A DNA stretch of 64,000 nucleotides from Gemmatimonadales bacterium. Lineage in GTDB: Bacteria > Gemmatimonadota > Gemmatimonadetes > Gemmatimonadales > GWC2-71-9. This document shows, piece after piece, positions 20,373 through 32,542 of the stretch. The translations under genes and the position numbers were made by a program. Location of the stretch: positions 2,304,001-2,368,000 of the forward strand of contig OZ252244.1 of NCBI GenBank assembly GCA_965249575.1, read 5' to 3'. The notes beneath the pieces were generated by a model. That model saw nothing but the letters and a program-made list of their open reading frames with translations. It was not told the origin of the DNA and searched no databases. Each line of letters opens with the position of its first letter. Position 1 is the first letter of the stretch.

Positions 20373-21170
20373 TCAGCCGAGCATCCCGTCGGTTGGGCTC
20401 GAGGGCACGGCAACCTCGCGGCGCGGCATTCGGCCGGCGAGGTAGGCAAGACGCCCAGCCTCGACGGCGAGTCCCATGGCCCTTCCCATGGCTGGAGGGT
20501 CAGCGGCCTCGGCAATGGCGGTATTCATCAGAATGCCGTCGACACCCTGTTCCATGGTCGTGCACGCGTCCGATGCAGTTCCAACGCCTGCATCCACGAT
20601 CACCGGTACGCCGACTCTGCTCTTGATGGTGCGAATCCCGTAGGGGTTGATGAGTCCGAGGCCGGAACCGATTGGTGACGCCAGCGGCATGATGGCCGCG
20701 CAGCCCGCATCCTCGAGCCGCAGCGCGGTGATGAGGTCGTCGTTCGTGTAGGCCAAGACCTGGAAACCCTCACCGACCAGGACGCGCGCGGCCTCAAGGA
20801 GACCGTTCGTATCGGGTAGCAGGGTCTCCTGATCGCCGATGACCTCGAGTTTAACGAAGTCGTTGAACCCGGCCTCACGCCCGAGGCGCGCGTACCGGAT
20901 CGCGTCTTCGGCGGTGAAGCATCCCGCCGTATTGGCGAGAAGGAAAATGCGCTCCGGATCGAGGTGGTGAAGGATGCCCGCCTCGTTCGTGCGGTCGAGA
21001 TCGACGCGCCTGACGGCAACCGTCACGATCTCCGCCCCGGAGGCCTCGATCGATCGCACCATGGCACTGTTGTCGCGATACTTGCCCGTGCCCACCATGA
21101 GGCGGGAACGAAACGTCACCCCACCGATCTGGAGGGGGCTATCTGCGGGTGCCCCGATGATACTGGTCAT
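20373..21170 (-). CDS. thiG: Thiazole synthase
   Basis: [44 protein letters not shown]. Confidence 0.96.
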   Translation of the reverse strand: MTSIIGAPADSPLQIGGVTFRSRLMVGTGKYRDNSAMVRSIEASGAEIVTVAVRRVDLDRTNEAGILHHLDPERIFLLANTAGCFTAEDAIRYARLGREAGFNDFVKLEVIGDQETLLPDTNGLLEAARVLVGEGFQVLAYTNDDLITALRLEDAGCAAIMPLASPIGSGLGLINPYGIRTIKSRVGVPVIVDAGVGTASDACTTMEQGVDGILMNTAIAEAADPPAMGRAMGLAVEAGRLAYLAGRMPRREVAVPSSPTDGMLG

Positions 21171-21189
21171 TGCACGTCCTCGGCCCCCC

Positions 21190-21402
21190 TCAACCGCCCC
21201 CAACGAAATGGACGAGCTCCACCTTGTCGCCGTCGCGTAGGTCCGTCTGACCGAGCTCCGGGCGGCGCACGATGGTTCTGTTCAGCTCAACCACGACGGC
21301 CCGAGGGTCGAGATCCAGCCCTTCGAGCAAGTTGAGGAGCGTTGTTGCCTGCTCGAGACGACGGGACTCGCCGTTGAGTTCGATCGAAATCGCTTCTCCC
21401 AT
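21190..21402 (-). CDS. thiS: Sulfur carrier protein
   Basis: 70 aa ending ELVHFVGGG, next to thiG. Confidence 0.93.
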   Translation of the reverse strand: MGEAISIELNGESRRLEQATTLLNLLEGLDLDPRAVVVELNRTIVRRPELGQTDLRDGDKVELVHFVGGG

Positions 21403-21472
21403 CGCTTCGTTCTCATGAACGATGTTGACAATGCCCTCCAGCGTGAGCGACCCGTGTCGGGCAGCGTGATAT

Positions 21473-22084
21473 TCATTCTAATAATAGTAGGATGTCCTCG
21501 GCCGCCCTACCCGGATCGGAGGCTTGCCAGAGTGCCGAAACGACCGCAACCCCGTAGGCGCCAGCCGCCAGGCATGTATAGGCCCGTTCGGCGGTCACGC
21601 CTCCGATCGCGATAACGGGGCCAGCGCCGACGGCCGCTATTGCATCTGGTCCTAGAGTGCGGGCTCCTGGATGAGACGCTGTTGGCCATATCGGTCCGAG
21701 AAAGACGTAGTCGGCTCCGGCGGCAAGCGCCTCGCGAGCCCGGTCGGGATCGTGGGTCGAACGTCCGAGGCTCACGCCGAGCCCAACGAGGCCGCGAACC
21801 TCGGCGACGGGCAAGCCGCCGGCTGGAAGATGGACCCCTGCGGCGCTTGCCGCGCGCGCCACGTCAACCCGATCGTTCACGAACAACGTGCTGCCTGAAT
21901 GGGCCACGGCGGCGCCTATCGACTGCGCGATTTCGAGCAACTCCCGGCCCTCCCGGCCTGGCGCTCGAGCGTGGAGTGCGACGGAGCCCGACTGCGCGAT
22001 CGCGGCGGCGCGCGTCGTGAAGTCATGCAGCTCAACGACACGATCGTCGGTAACCGCGTGGAGTTTCGGGAGCCGAGGGGTCAC
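21473..22084 (-). CDS. thiE: Thiamine-phosphate synthase (ThiE/TenI family)
   Basis: VNDRVDVA, GVHL, G.STH, ADYVFLGPI.PT.SH, AIGGV. Could be the TenI paralogue. Confidence 0.8.
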   Translation of the reverse strand: MTPRLPKLHAVTDDRVVELHDFTTRAAAIAQSGSVALHARAPGREGRELLEIAQSIGAAVAHSGSTLFVNDRVDVARAASAAGVHLPAGGLPVAEVRGLVGLGVSLGRSTHDPDRAREALAAGADYVFLGPIWPTASHPGARTLGPDAIAAVGAGPVIAIGGVTAERAYTCLAAGAYGVAVVSALWQASDPGRAAEDILLLLE

Positions 22085-23013
22085 TCGAGCCGGTCGCCGA
22101 CCTGAACACCACGGCCGCGAACCCATTCCGTGGTTGGCATCCGGATGCGGCCGGCCGGCTGGACGTCGACGAAGGTCAGTGCGTTTCCCTTCGTGCTGAC
22201 CACGAGCATCGGGTCGACCTCGAGGACCGTTCCCGATTCGCGACTTTCGAGCGAGTGGTCGGCCGCTCGGGGGCCGAAGAGCTTGAGTTCTCGTCCTCCG
22301 ATGGTCGTCCAGGCTCCCGGCTTGGGGTCGAGCGCACGAACTAGGCGCGCGACGTGGTCGGGTCCGGTGGCCCAGTCGATTCGCGCGACCTCGCGCGTGA
22401 TCTTGGGTGCATACGTCGCGAGTGAATGATCTTGCGGTTCCGGATCGGGCGATTCCGTCGCCAGCACGGAGAGCGCTTCCACCAGGGCGAGCGCACCGAG
22501 CTCAGCCAGCCTAGCGGTGAGTTCTCCTCCGGTCTCATCAGCCGGTATCCGGGTGGGAACCCGATGGTAGACCGGTCCCGTGTCCATGCCTTCGTCCATC
22601 TGCATGATGGAAATGCCGGTCTCTTGGTATCCATCGAGCAGAGCATGCTCGATGGGCGCCGCGCCCCGGAGTGCCGGTAGGAGCGAGGCGTGGACGTTGA
22701 TCATGCCGCGGGACGGGAGCGTCAGGAGGGGCTGCTTGAGAATGTGTCCGTAGGCCACGACCACGCCGAGGTCGGGATTCGAATCCGCGACCGCGTCGAG
22801 AAAATCCCTCGTGTTTGGCTTAACCGGTTGGAGAATGCGGAGGCCCTCGTCCAGCGCGACGGCCTTCACCGGCGGCGGAAACAGGACCGAGCGAGATCGC
22901 CCCCGGGGCCGGTCCGGCTGGGTGATGACGGCGGCCACGTCGAAACCCTCTTCCAGCAGGGCTCGGAGTGAGGGAACCGCAAACTCGGGCGTGCCGAAGA
23001 ACACGATGCGCAA
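22081..23013 (-). CDS. fmt: Methionyl-tRNA formyltransferase
   Basis: FFGTPEFA, TQPDRP.GR, NVHASLLP..RGAAPI, MDEGMDTG. Confidence 0.96.
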   Translation of the reverse strand: MRIVFFGTPEFAVPSLRALLEEGFDVAAVITQPDRPRGRSRSVLFPPPVKAVALDEGLRILQPVKPNTRDFLDAVADSNPDLGVVVAYGHILKQPLLTLPSRGMINVHASLLPALRGAAPIEHALLDGYQETGISIMQMDEGMDTGPVYHRVPTRIPADETGGELTARLAELGALALVEALSVLATESPDPEPQDHSLATYAPKITREVARIDWATGPDHVARLVRALDPKPGAWTTIGGRELKLFGPRAADHSLESRESGTVLEVDPMLVVSTKGNALTFVDVQPAGRIRMPTTEWVRGRGVQVGDRLE

Positions 23014-23016
23014 GGA

Positions 23017-23549
23017 TCAGTCCTTGGCCGAGACCTCTGGGACCTCCCTCACGTAACCGCGCTCGCCTTTTCGCTGCTTCTCCCACTTCCGGAGGAGCAG
23101 GCGGCGTTTGAGCATGCTTAGGTGGTCGAGGAACAGGATTCCGTCGAGGTGGTCGATCTCGTGTTGTACAGCCCGCGCTCTGAGGTCCGTGGCGTCGACC
23201 CGCTCGCGGGAACCCTCTAGCGTCGTGGTCTCCACGACGATACGCTGCGCCCGCTCTACGTCCCCGTAGATGTCAGGAATCGACAAGCAGCCTTCTTCCG
23301 CGACGTCCAGTCCTTCACGCTCCAGGATAACGGGGTCGATCAGGAGGATGGGGGGATCCTCGCCGGCCTCTACCACCGCTACGCGCCGTGTGAACCCAAC
23401 CTGGTTCGCGGCGAGACCGATGCCCTTCGCGGCGCGCATGGTCTCGAAGAGATTCTCGACCAGTTGCTGAAGTTCCTCGTCGATCTGCCCGACCTCCGTC
23501 GCCCGCTGGCGGAGGACGGGTGAGCCCAGGACGTGAATGGGAAGGACCG

Positions 23550-23553
<4 letters not shown>
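23017..23553 (-). CDS. def: Peptide deformylase
   Basis: GIGLAANQVG, EGCLSIP, QHEIDHLDG. Confidence 0.97.
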
Positions 23554-26139
<2,586 letters not shown>

Positions 26140-26140
26140 G

Positions 26141-27169
26141 TCACCGATCGAAGATGGACCCCTGACGACCCGGCGGCGAGACGAAGCCAAGATGCCTGTA
26201 CGCCGCCGGCGTCGCGGTCCGACCCCGTGGCGTTCGCTGGAGAAAGCCCTGCTGGATCAGGAACGGCTCGTATACCTCCTCGAGCGTCCCGGCATCTTCA
26301 CCCACAGCCACGGCCACTGTGTTCACTCCAACGGGCCCGCCGTCGAATTTCTCGATGATCGTCCGGAGCACGCGGGTGTCCATGTCATCGAGGCCGTACT
26401 CGTCAACGTCGAGTCGTGCCAAGGCGTCTTGGGCGACCTGGCGGGTGATGACGCCGTCCGCCCGCACCTGCGCGTAGTCGCGCACACGGCGTAGCAGGCG
26501 ATTAGCGACGCGAGGCGTGCCACGGCTACGCTGCGCGATCTCGGTGGCGCCTTCGGGTTCGATCTCGACGTCCAGGATCTTCGCCGAGCGGGTCACGATT
26601 CGGTGGAGGTCCTCGGCCGGATAGTATCCCAGGCGTTCGATCAACCCGAATCTGGCTCGCATGGGCGGCGTGAGCATGCCGTAACGGGTCGATGCCCCCA
26701 CGAGCGTGAACGGCTCCACTTTGACCGGGATCGTCTGAGCCTGGGGTCCCTCGGCGATCCGGATATCGACCCGGTAATCTTCCATTGCCGGGTAGAGAAA
26801 CTCCTCCAGTGCGGGGCGGAGCCGGTGGATCTCGTCGATGAAGAGTATGTCCTTGGACTGCAGGTTGGTGAGCAGCCCGACGAGATCCCCCGGTCTCTCG
26901 ATGACGGGGCCACTCGTCGTCCGGATGTTGACGCCCATCTCTTTCGCGAGGAGGATGGCAAGGGTGGTCTTCCCGAGCCCCGGCGGGCCGAAGAACAGCG
27001 CGTGATCCAGCGGCTCATCTCGTTGTTTCGCCGCGTCGATCGCGATCTGGAGGCTTTGGCGGACCTTCTCCTGTCCCACGAATTCGTCGAGGCGCGAGGG
27101 GCGTAGCGACGCTTCCGCGGAGGTCTCTTCGGCGAGCACTCCGGGCGTCGTGACCTCCGGCCGGCTCAC
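26141..27169 (-). CDS. ruvB: Holliday junction branch migration helicase
   Basis: [47 protein letters not shown] start at 27169. Confidence 0.97.
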   Translation of the reverse strand: MSRPEVTTPGVLAEETSAEASLRPSRLDEFVGQEKVRQSLQIAIDAAKQRDEPLDHALFFGPPGLGKTTLAILLAKEMGVNIRTTSGPVIERPGDLVGLLTNLQSKDILFIDEIHRLRPALEEFLYPAMEDYRVDIRIAEGPQAQTIPVKVEPFTLVGASTRYGMLTPPMRARFGLIERLGYYPAEDLHRIVTRSAKILDVEIEPEGATEIAQRSRGTPRVANRLLRRVRDYAQVRADGVITRQVAQDALARLDVDEYGLDDMDTRVLRTIIEKFDGGPVGVNTVAVAVGEDAGTLEEVYEPFLIQQGFLQRTPRGRTATPAAYRHLGFVSPPGRQGSIFDR

Positions 27170-27330
27170 GGTGTCAACCTCGAGCTCCAACGCACTGGAC
27201 GCTTACTTTGGTCGATTGTGTGCTCGCGGTGGCAAGTGACGCAGCGGTCTCGAGCTTGCGTGATGTCCGGCCTCACGAGCTTGCGGTTGGTGGCCCCACA
27301 CGCCGTGCATTCCCATTCGGCCGTTTTCAT
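27166..27330 (-). CDS. Unannotated 54-aa putative zinc-ribbon protein between ruvA and ruvB
   Basis: My translation: [54 protein letters not shown]. The ATG overlaps the ruvA stop (ATGA) and its TGA overlaps the ruvB GTG (GTGA). Confidence 0.8.
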   Translation of the reverse strand: MKTAEWECTACGATNRKLVRPDITQARDRCVTCHREHTIDQSKRPVRWSSRLTP

Positions 27331-27920
27331 CGAGCCCCCGCCAATTGTTGGAGCGCCCGGCGGATGAGGTCGGCGGTCTCGTCCGTCCCGTTCTGGGAAA
27401 TGACGGCCCGGACGGCGCGATCAGCTTCGGCCGCCCCGTAGCCCAGGTTGACCAGTGCGGTGATCGCCTGCTCGGCCGTGCCATGGACGGCGGGCGCCCC
27501 GTCGGGCGCGACCAAGTCGCCAAACCGGTCTTTCAGCTCGAGGACCATTCTCTCAGCGGTCTTCTTCCCCACACCTGGCACCGTGCACAGGATCCCGGTC
27601 TCCCCCCGCTTGAGTCCTTGGACCAAGCGGTCGGCGCCGAGCGTAGACATCAGCGCGAGCGCGAGCCTCGGGCCGACGCCGGTGGCGCCCAGCAAGCGCT
27701 GGAATACCGCCCGATCGAAGTCGGCATCGAATCCGTACAACGACCACGCGTCATCTCGGACAACCAGAACGGTGCGAAGTTCCACCGAGCTCCCATTGGG
27801 TGGCAGCCGTTCCAGCACGCCCACCGGCACCGCGATCTCGTAACTCACCCCTCCGGAGGTCGCCACCACCACTCGTTCCACTGCGCGTGCGACCACCGTG
27901 CCCCGGACTGCTGAGATCAC
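27327..27920 (-). CDS. ruvA: Holliday junction DNA-binding subunit
   Basis: GGVSYE, LYGF, GVGPRLAL, VPGVGKKTAERMVLELK, AL.NLGY. Confidence 0.95.
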   Translation of the reverse strand: MISAVRGTVVARAVERVVVATSGGVSYEIAVPVGVLERLPPNGSSVELRTVLVVRDDAWSLYGFDADFDRAVFQRLLGATGVGPRLALALMSTLGADRLVQGLKRGETGILCTVPGVGKKTAERMVLELKDRFGDLVAPDGAPAVHGTAEQAITALVNLGYGAAEADRAVRAVISQNGTDETADLIRRALQQLAGAR

Positions 27921-28405
27921 GCGGTCACGCCTTGGGCCATGAGGCACGTCAACGCGACGGCCACCCCATCGGCCGCGTCGCTTGGGGTCGGAGCCTTTTC
28001 CAGTCGCAACAATTGCTGCACCATATAACCGACTTGCGCCTTCGCTGCCCGACCGGTCCCCGCGATGCTCTTCTTGACCGTAGCCGGTGAGTACTCGACG
28101 ACGTCGAGACCGGACTGCGCGGCCGCCAGCAGAATGACCCCACGCGCGTGCCCGAGCACCACGGTCGTTCGTACGTTCTTCGCGTAGAATAACGACTCGA
28201 CCGCGACGGTGGTGGGATTGTGTCTGTGAATGATCTCGGTGATCCCGTCGTACAGGGCATCGAGTCGCTGCCAGATGCGTAGCCGCGAGTCTGTTCGAAT
28301 GATCCCGCACTCGACCAGGCTCCCGGGCCTGCCCGCCGCCGGCTCGACGACTCCGTAGCCCGTGACGGCGCTTCCCGGATCGATCCCCAGGACCCGGAGC
28401 GTCAC
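27917..28405 (-). CDS. ruvC: Crossover junction endodeoxyribonuclease
   Basis: LGIDPG, GYGV, AVES.F, LGHARGV, DAADGVAVA. Confidence 0.96.
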   Translation of the reverse strand: MTLRVLGIDPGSAVTGYGVVEPAAGRPGSLVECGIIRTDSRLRIWQRLDALYDGITEIIHRHNPTTVAVESLFYAKNVRTTVVLGHARGVILLAAAQSGLDVVEYSPATVKKSIAGTGRAAKAQVGYMVQQLLRLEKAPTPSDAADGVAVALTCLMAQGVTA

Positions 28406-29151
28406 CCGCCGACCGTAGCAAGCGTTTCCGAATCGATGTCGAAGTTGCTGTACACTTTGGAGACGTCGTCATGCTCGTCCAGCGCCTCCATCAGCTTCAA
28501 CAACCGTTCCGCGTTCTTGCCTTCGACCCTTATTGTGCTCGTTGGCACCATGACCACCTCTGCTTGCGTGGTCTGGATGCCTTTCCGGCTCAGCGCGTCG
28601 CATACCGCGTGGAGGGATGTGGAATCGGTCGTGACCAGGTGCTGTTCACCCTCGCGCGAGATGTCCTCCGCGCCGGCTTCCAGCGCCGCTTCGAGCACGG
28701 AGTCGTCGTCGAATCGATCCGCGTCGACATAGACCTGGCCTTGAGTCTCGAACATCCACGCGACCGAGTTCGGCGCGCCCAGGTGCCCATTCTGCCGAGA
28801 AAAAATGTGCCGAATCTCCGCGACGGTTCGGTTCAGGTTGTCGGTGGTCACCTGAATGAGGATGGCCGCGCCACCCGGGCCGTATCCCTCGTAGGTCGCC
28901 TCCTCGTAGGTGACGCCCGCCAATTCCCCGGTTCCCTTCTTGATCGCGCGCTCGATGTTCTCCGCCGGCATGTTGCCCGCTTTGGCGGCATCGATGGCGG
29001 TTCGAAGTCGAGCGTTCCCCGCCGGATCGCCGCCGCCCTGCCGGGCAGGCACAGTGATCTCCTTGATCAGTTTGGTGAACGCGGCCCCGCGCTTGGCGTC
29101 GAGTACTGCCTTCTTCCGCTTGATCTGTTTCCACTTGCTATGGCCCGCCAC
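28402..29151 (-). CDS. yebC: YebC/PmpR family protein
   Basis: MAGHSKWKQIK, YEGYGPGG, TDN.NRT, DDVSKVYSN. Confidence 0.95.
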   Translation of the reverse strand: MAGHSKWKQIKRKKAVLDAKRGAAFTKLIKEITVPARQGGGDPAGNARLRTAIDAAKAGNMPAENIERAIKKGTGELAGVTYEEATYEGYGPGGAAILIQVTTDNLNRTVAEIRHIFSRQNGHLGAPNSVAWMFETQGQVYVDADRFDDDSVLEAALEAGAEDISREGEQHLVTTDSTSLHAVCDALSRKGIQTTQAEVVMVPTSTIRVEGKNAERLLKLMEALDEHDDVSKVYSNFDIDSETLATVGG

Positions 29152-29187
29152 GGGCAGCCTCCGCGTTCGCCAGGCCCCGAACGCCGG

Positions 29188-29751
29188 TTACCACCCGTGC
29201 CGGCCCCGCAGGGAAGTGATGTGTGCGATGTGATGGCGGCCGTGCCACGCGTAGATCGCAACCATGGTGTGAAGGCTCAGGATGCCGAGCTCCGGATTCC
29301 GAAGCGTGCGGTCCAGTTGCACCGCCGTGAGCGAACGAAGGAGGGTAACCCATCGCTCGTGCAGCGATTCGAGCAAACGGAGCGACGGCTCGAGCGGTGC
29401 CGTTCGGGCATCGTCGAGGTCCGCCCAGCGACCCTCATCGTACGTCTTGATCGTCGGCTCTGCTTCGGTCAGGGCCAGTTTGAGGCGCAGGTAGCTGTTG
29501 AGGTGACTGTCCGGGAGATGGTGTACCACCTGGCGGATGGTCCACCCGCCAGCTCGGTAGGGCGTGTCGAGTTGTCCCTCCGACAAACCGGCGACTGCGT
29601 CCCGCAACTGCGCGGGCGCCGCCGCGATCGCCCCGATACTCTCCGCGCGCTGCTCCGGGCCGAATGACGCCGGTTTCCGGAACCGCCCAATCGGATAGCG
29701 CAGGTCGGGCGCCGACCCCGAACTTTCTGATGTGACCGTGCTGCTCGTCAT
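29188..29751 (-). CDS. YfiT/BstA-like DinB-family metal-dependent thiol transferase
   Basis: DLRYPIG, DTPYR.GGWT.RQVVHH..DSH, YAWHGRHH.AHI. Confidence 0.9.
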   Translation of the reverse strand: MTSSTVTSESSGSAPDLRYPIGRFRKPASFGPEQRAESIGAIAAAPAQLRDAVAGLSEGQLDTPYRAGGWTIRQVVHHLPDSHLNSYLRLKLALTEAEPTIKTYDEGRWADLDDARTAPLEPSLRLLESLHERWVTLLRSLTAVQLDRTLRNPELGILSLHTMVAIYAWHGRHHIAHITSLRGRHGW

Positions 29752-29948
29752 TCGTTGAGCAATATACCGTGACCCGCGCAGGCCCAGCAAACAGCGCTTG
29801 CACCGCACCCGGGCGTTCGATAGCCTTCGCGAGTCGGCGGATCCCGCCTTCGGTTTTTACCCCTCTCATCCTGAAGGTCCGAGCGGGCCCGTCGATGGGC
29901 GATCCCCTCTGGAGGTCCGTACGACACGCTTCAGTTCGAGTCCCGCGC

Positions 29949-30854
29949 GTGACGGCCGCTGAGCGAGGGGCCCACCCGTTGGGCGGGAAGGTGCTGGCTG
30001 CATACCTCACCCTGTCGGTCGTGTGGGGATCCACGTTCTTAGCGAACCGAATCGGTGTACAGCACGTGCCGCCCGCTCTCTTCTCCGGCGCGCGGTTTCT
30101 GGTCGCTGGCCTCTTGCTACTGCCCGTCGCGCTGGGTTTGGGACATCGGTTGCCGTCACGAGCGAACGACTGGCAGTCCATCCTTGTAGTGGGGATCCTC
30201 TTGCTCGGTGGCGGCAACGGTCTCGTCGTGTGGGGGCTGCAGTATGCCGATTCCGGAACGGCCGCCGTGTTCGTGGTGACTGGTGCCATGTGGCTGGCGG
30301 TCATCGACGCGCTGGTGCCGGGAAGCGAGGCCAAGGTGACCCGGCCCCAGTTTCTGGGTCTCCTGGTCGGTTTCGCCGGCGCGTTTCTGCTCGTTGGGGG
30401 TAGCGTCGAAGCGCTCCGCGCCGCCGACTGGCGCGGCCCGGTGGCGTTCACATTGGGAACTATCTCGTTCGCAGCCGGATCGGTTTACTCGAAGCGGCGC
30501 CCCGCCGAAATCAGTCCCTACATGAATTCGGCGCTGCAGATGCTCACCGGGGGTTTGTTTCTCACGGTCGTTGGCCTGGTGCGGGGCGAGCAGCACGAAT
30601 TGGCCCTGTCGCTGCCCGGACTTCTGGCGATCGCCTACCTCATTGTGGTGGGCTCGGTAGTGGGATACAGCAGTTTCTTGTATGTCCTCCGGCATACGCC
30701 TCCGACCATTGCCGGCACGTACATGTACGTCAATACCATCTTCGCCGTGGTGCTCGGGTGGCTGGTGTTGGGCGAGCCGCTCACGGGGCGCAAACTCCTG
30801 GCGATGACGCTTGTCCTCGGCTCGGTACTTTGGGTGCGCCTGGCCCGCCGATAG
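29949..30854 (+). CDS. EamA/DMT family transporter
   Basis: About 10 TM helices, VVWGSTFLA, duplicated EamA halves. Confidence 0.9.
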   Translation: MTAAERGAHPLGGKVLAAYLTLSVVWGSTFLANRIGVQHVPPALFSGARFLVAGLLLLPVALGLGHRLPSRANDWQSILVVGILLLGGGNGLVVWGLQYADSGTAAVFVVTGAMWLAVIDALVPGSEAKVTRPQFLGLLVGFAGAFLLVGGSVEALRAADWRGPVAFTLGTISFAAGSVYSKRRPAEISPYMNSALQMLTGGLFLTVVGLVRGEQHELALSLPGLLAIAYLIVVGSVVGYSSFLYVLRHTPPTIAGTYMYVNTIFAVVLGWLVLGEPLTGRKLLAMTLVLGSVLWVRLARR

Positions 30855-30879
30855 CCGACCCTTGAAGGAGCATCCGATC

Positions 30880-31272
30880 ATGCACCGTGTTTCCGTCAGT
30901 ACGGGTACGCCGTGGGAGCCGATTGTGGGCTATTCGCGCGCCGTTCGCATGCGGCGGTTCGTTCACGTTTCCGGCACGACCGCAACCGATTCGAGCGGTG
31001 ACGTTCTTGGAAGAAAAGACCCCTACACTCAAGCTGTCCGTACGATTGAGAACATCGCCGCCGGGCTCAGGCAAGCGGGGGCGGCCCGGACGGATGTCGT
31101 CCGGACTCGGATTTACGGAACGAACATCGACGACTGGGAGGCCGTCGGGCGGGCGCACGGCGAGGCGTTCGGCGAGATTCGTCCCGCGACGTCGATGGTA
31201 CAGGTCAGCCGCTTGATTCGACCGGAGATGCTGGTTGAGATAGAGGCGGACGCTATTTGTCAGTCGGGGTGA
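30880..31272 (+). CDS. RidA/YjgF family protein
   Basis: WE..VGYSRAV, VSGTTA, RPATSMV, LVEIEA. It lacks the Arg of the RidA PAR motif, so probably a non-RidA subfamily. Confidence 0.9.
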   Translation: MHRVSVSTGTPWEPIVGYSRAVRMRRFVHVSGTTATDSSGDVLGRKDPYTQAVRTIENIAAGLRQAGAARTDVVRTRIYGTNIDDWEAVGRAHGEAFGEIRPATSMVQVSRLIRPEMLVEIEADAICQSG

Positions 31273-31286
31273 GGCGCGGAGGGGGA

Positions 31287-32150
31287 CTACCGGTCAGGGT
31301 CGAGCATGTCCTCGAAACGCATCCACTGCCGGTAGAAGTACAGATCGACGAAGCCGGTCGGGCCATTTCGGTTCTTTGAAATAACGAGCTCTGTGGCCCC
31401 CTCGACGCCGGCTCCCGGGTTGTACATCTCCTCGCGATAGATGCCGAGCACGATGTCCGCGTGTTGCTTGACGGCGCCCAGCACTCCGAAGTCCTCCAGT
31501 CCGGGCCTGTGGTCCGACCGGTCGCGCTCACGGCGAGCCAGGTGCGAGACGACGAGACACGCGACCTGCCGTTCCAACGCCATCGCCTTCAGCGCGCGCA
31601 GGGCGGCGGCGCTGTCCTCGTCCTGGGTGGGACGCATGCTGGGTGCCGGCAGCACCTGGAGATAGTCGATGACGACGAGTGCCGGATTGTGTCCCCACGC
31701 GGGCTCGAGCGCCTCATCGAACTGCCGCCCCGTGACGGGATACATGACGAGCGGACAATCCCGGATGCGTAGGGCCGCGGCGCCCAGAGCGACGCGGACC
31801 TCCTCCGACAATTTCGCTAGGCGCATGTCGTCGACCGGCGCCCGTCCCTCGATCGCGAGCGCCCGCTCGAGCAGTCGGTCCTCGTCCATCTCGCCGGAGA
31901 AGAACACGACCGGGTACCCTGCCTGCGCCGTTCGGAGTGCGATACCCAAAGCGAGCGATGATTTGCCGGAACCCACGTCGCCGCCCAGGACGACTAGGTC
32001 CCGGCGTCGAAATCCGCCGGCGAGGGTTTCGTCAAGCGAAGGGAATCCTGTGGGTATCGTGTCCGGAGCGACTTCTCCTGCCGGTTGTGTGTCGACCTGG
32101 CGAATGAGATTCGTCAACGAGTGGCGCTCTAATCGTCGCTGGGTCGTCAA
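31287..32150 (-). CDS. DnaB-like helicase, C-terminal (RecA-fold) domain only
   Basis: IPTGF..LD, Walker A GDVGSGKS, FSGEM, IDYLQ, ADIVL.IYREE.Y, KNRNGPTG. The TTG start overlaps the upstream stop. Confidence 0.87.
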   Translation of the reverse strand: MTTQRRLERHSLTNLIRQVDTQPAGEVAPDTIPTGFPSLDETLAGGFRRRDLVVLGGDVGSGKSSLALGIALRTAQAGYPVVFFSGEMDEDRLLERALAIEGRAPVDDMRLAKLSEEVRVALGAAALRIRDCPLVMYPVTGRQFDEALEPAWGHNPALVVIDYLQVLPAPSMRPTQDEDSAAALRALKAMALERQVACLVVSHLARRERDRSDHRPGLEDFGVLGAVKQHADIVLGIYREEMYNPGAGVEGATELVISKNRNGPTGFVDLYFYRQWMRFEDMLDPDR

Positions 32151-32542
32151 GCCGATCGCTCTTTCTGCGCTGCTTCCCGCGCCTTGCGTGCCGCGGCGGC
32201 GACGGCCGCCCCCGCCTCTCCACTCACGGTTTCTTTTGCGGGCGCGACGAGTCGCTGGAGTGCGAGCGCGGCGCCGCGGGCCGAGGTATCGCCCAACTCG
32301 CGCAATCCGCTGGCCAGCGCCCTCTTCAAGGGAGGCGGGAGCATCAGGCTGGACAACCTGCGCTCGAGTCCCTGTAGGCGCCGCCGATTCGTGCGCTCCC
32401 GCAGGCGGTCGGGCGGTAGGAGTCCGTCGCATGCTCGGACGAAGAGCCAGATTGCGAACGCGCCGTTTCGCTTCGGTCCCCGCGCGGTCTCTGCCAGAAC
32501 GCCTATCAAGCGATTCTCCGGCGCGGACAACCCGTCGTTCAC
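32147..32542 (-). CDS. Hypothetical protein
   Basis: 131-aa ORF with 4-nt overlaps to the genes on both sides. Confidence 0.72.
   Translation of the reverse strand: MNDGLSAPENRLIGVLAETARGPKRNGAFAIWLFVRACDGLLPPDRLRERTNRRRLQGLERRLSSLMLPPPLKRALASGLRELGDTSARGAALALQRLVAPAKETVSGEAGAAVAAAARKAREAAQKERSA

Noticed and set aside
21403..21472. Possible TPP riboswitch between thiE and thiS
   Set aside because: The gap is only about 70 bp and lacks a recognisable TPP aptamer core. The overlapping 21282..21476 ORF has no support either.
27229..27243. CVTCH in the ruvA-ruvB microprotein as a c-type heme motif
   Set aside because: There is no signal peptide and a second CxxC is present, so a cytoplasmic zinc ribbon fits better.
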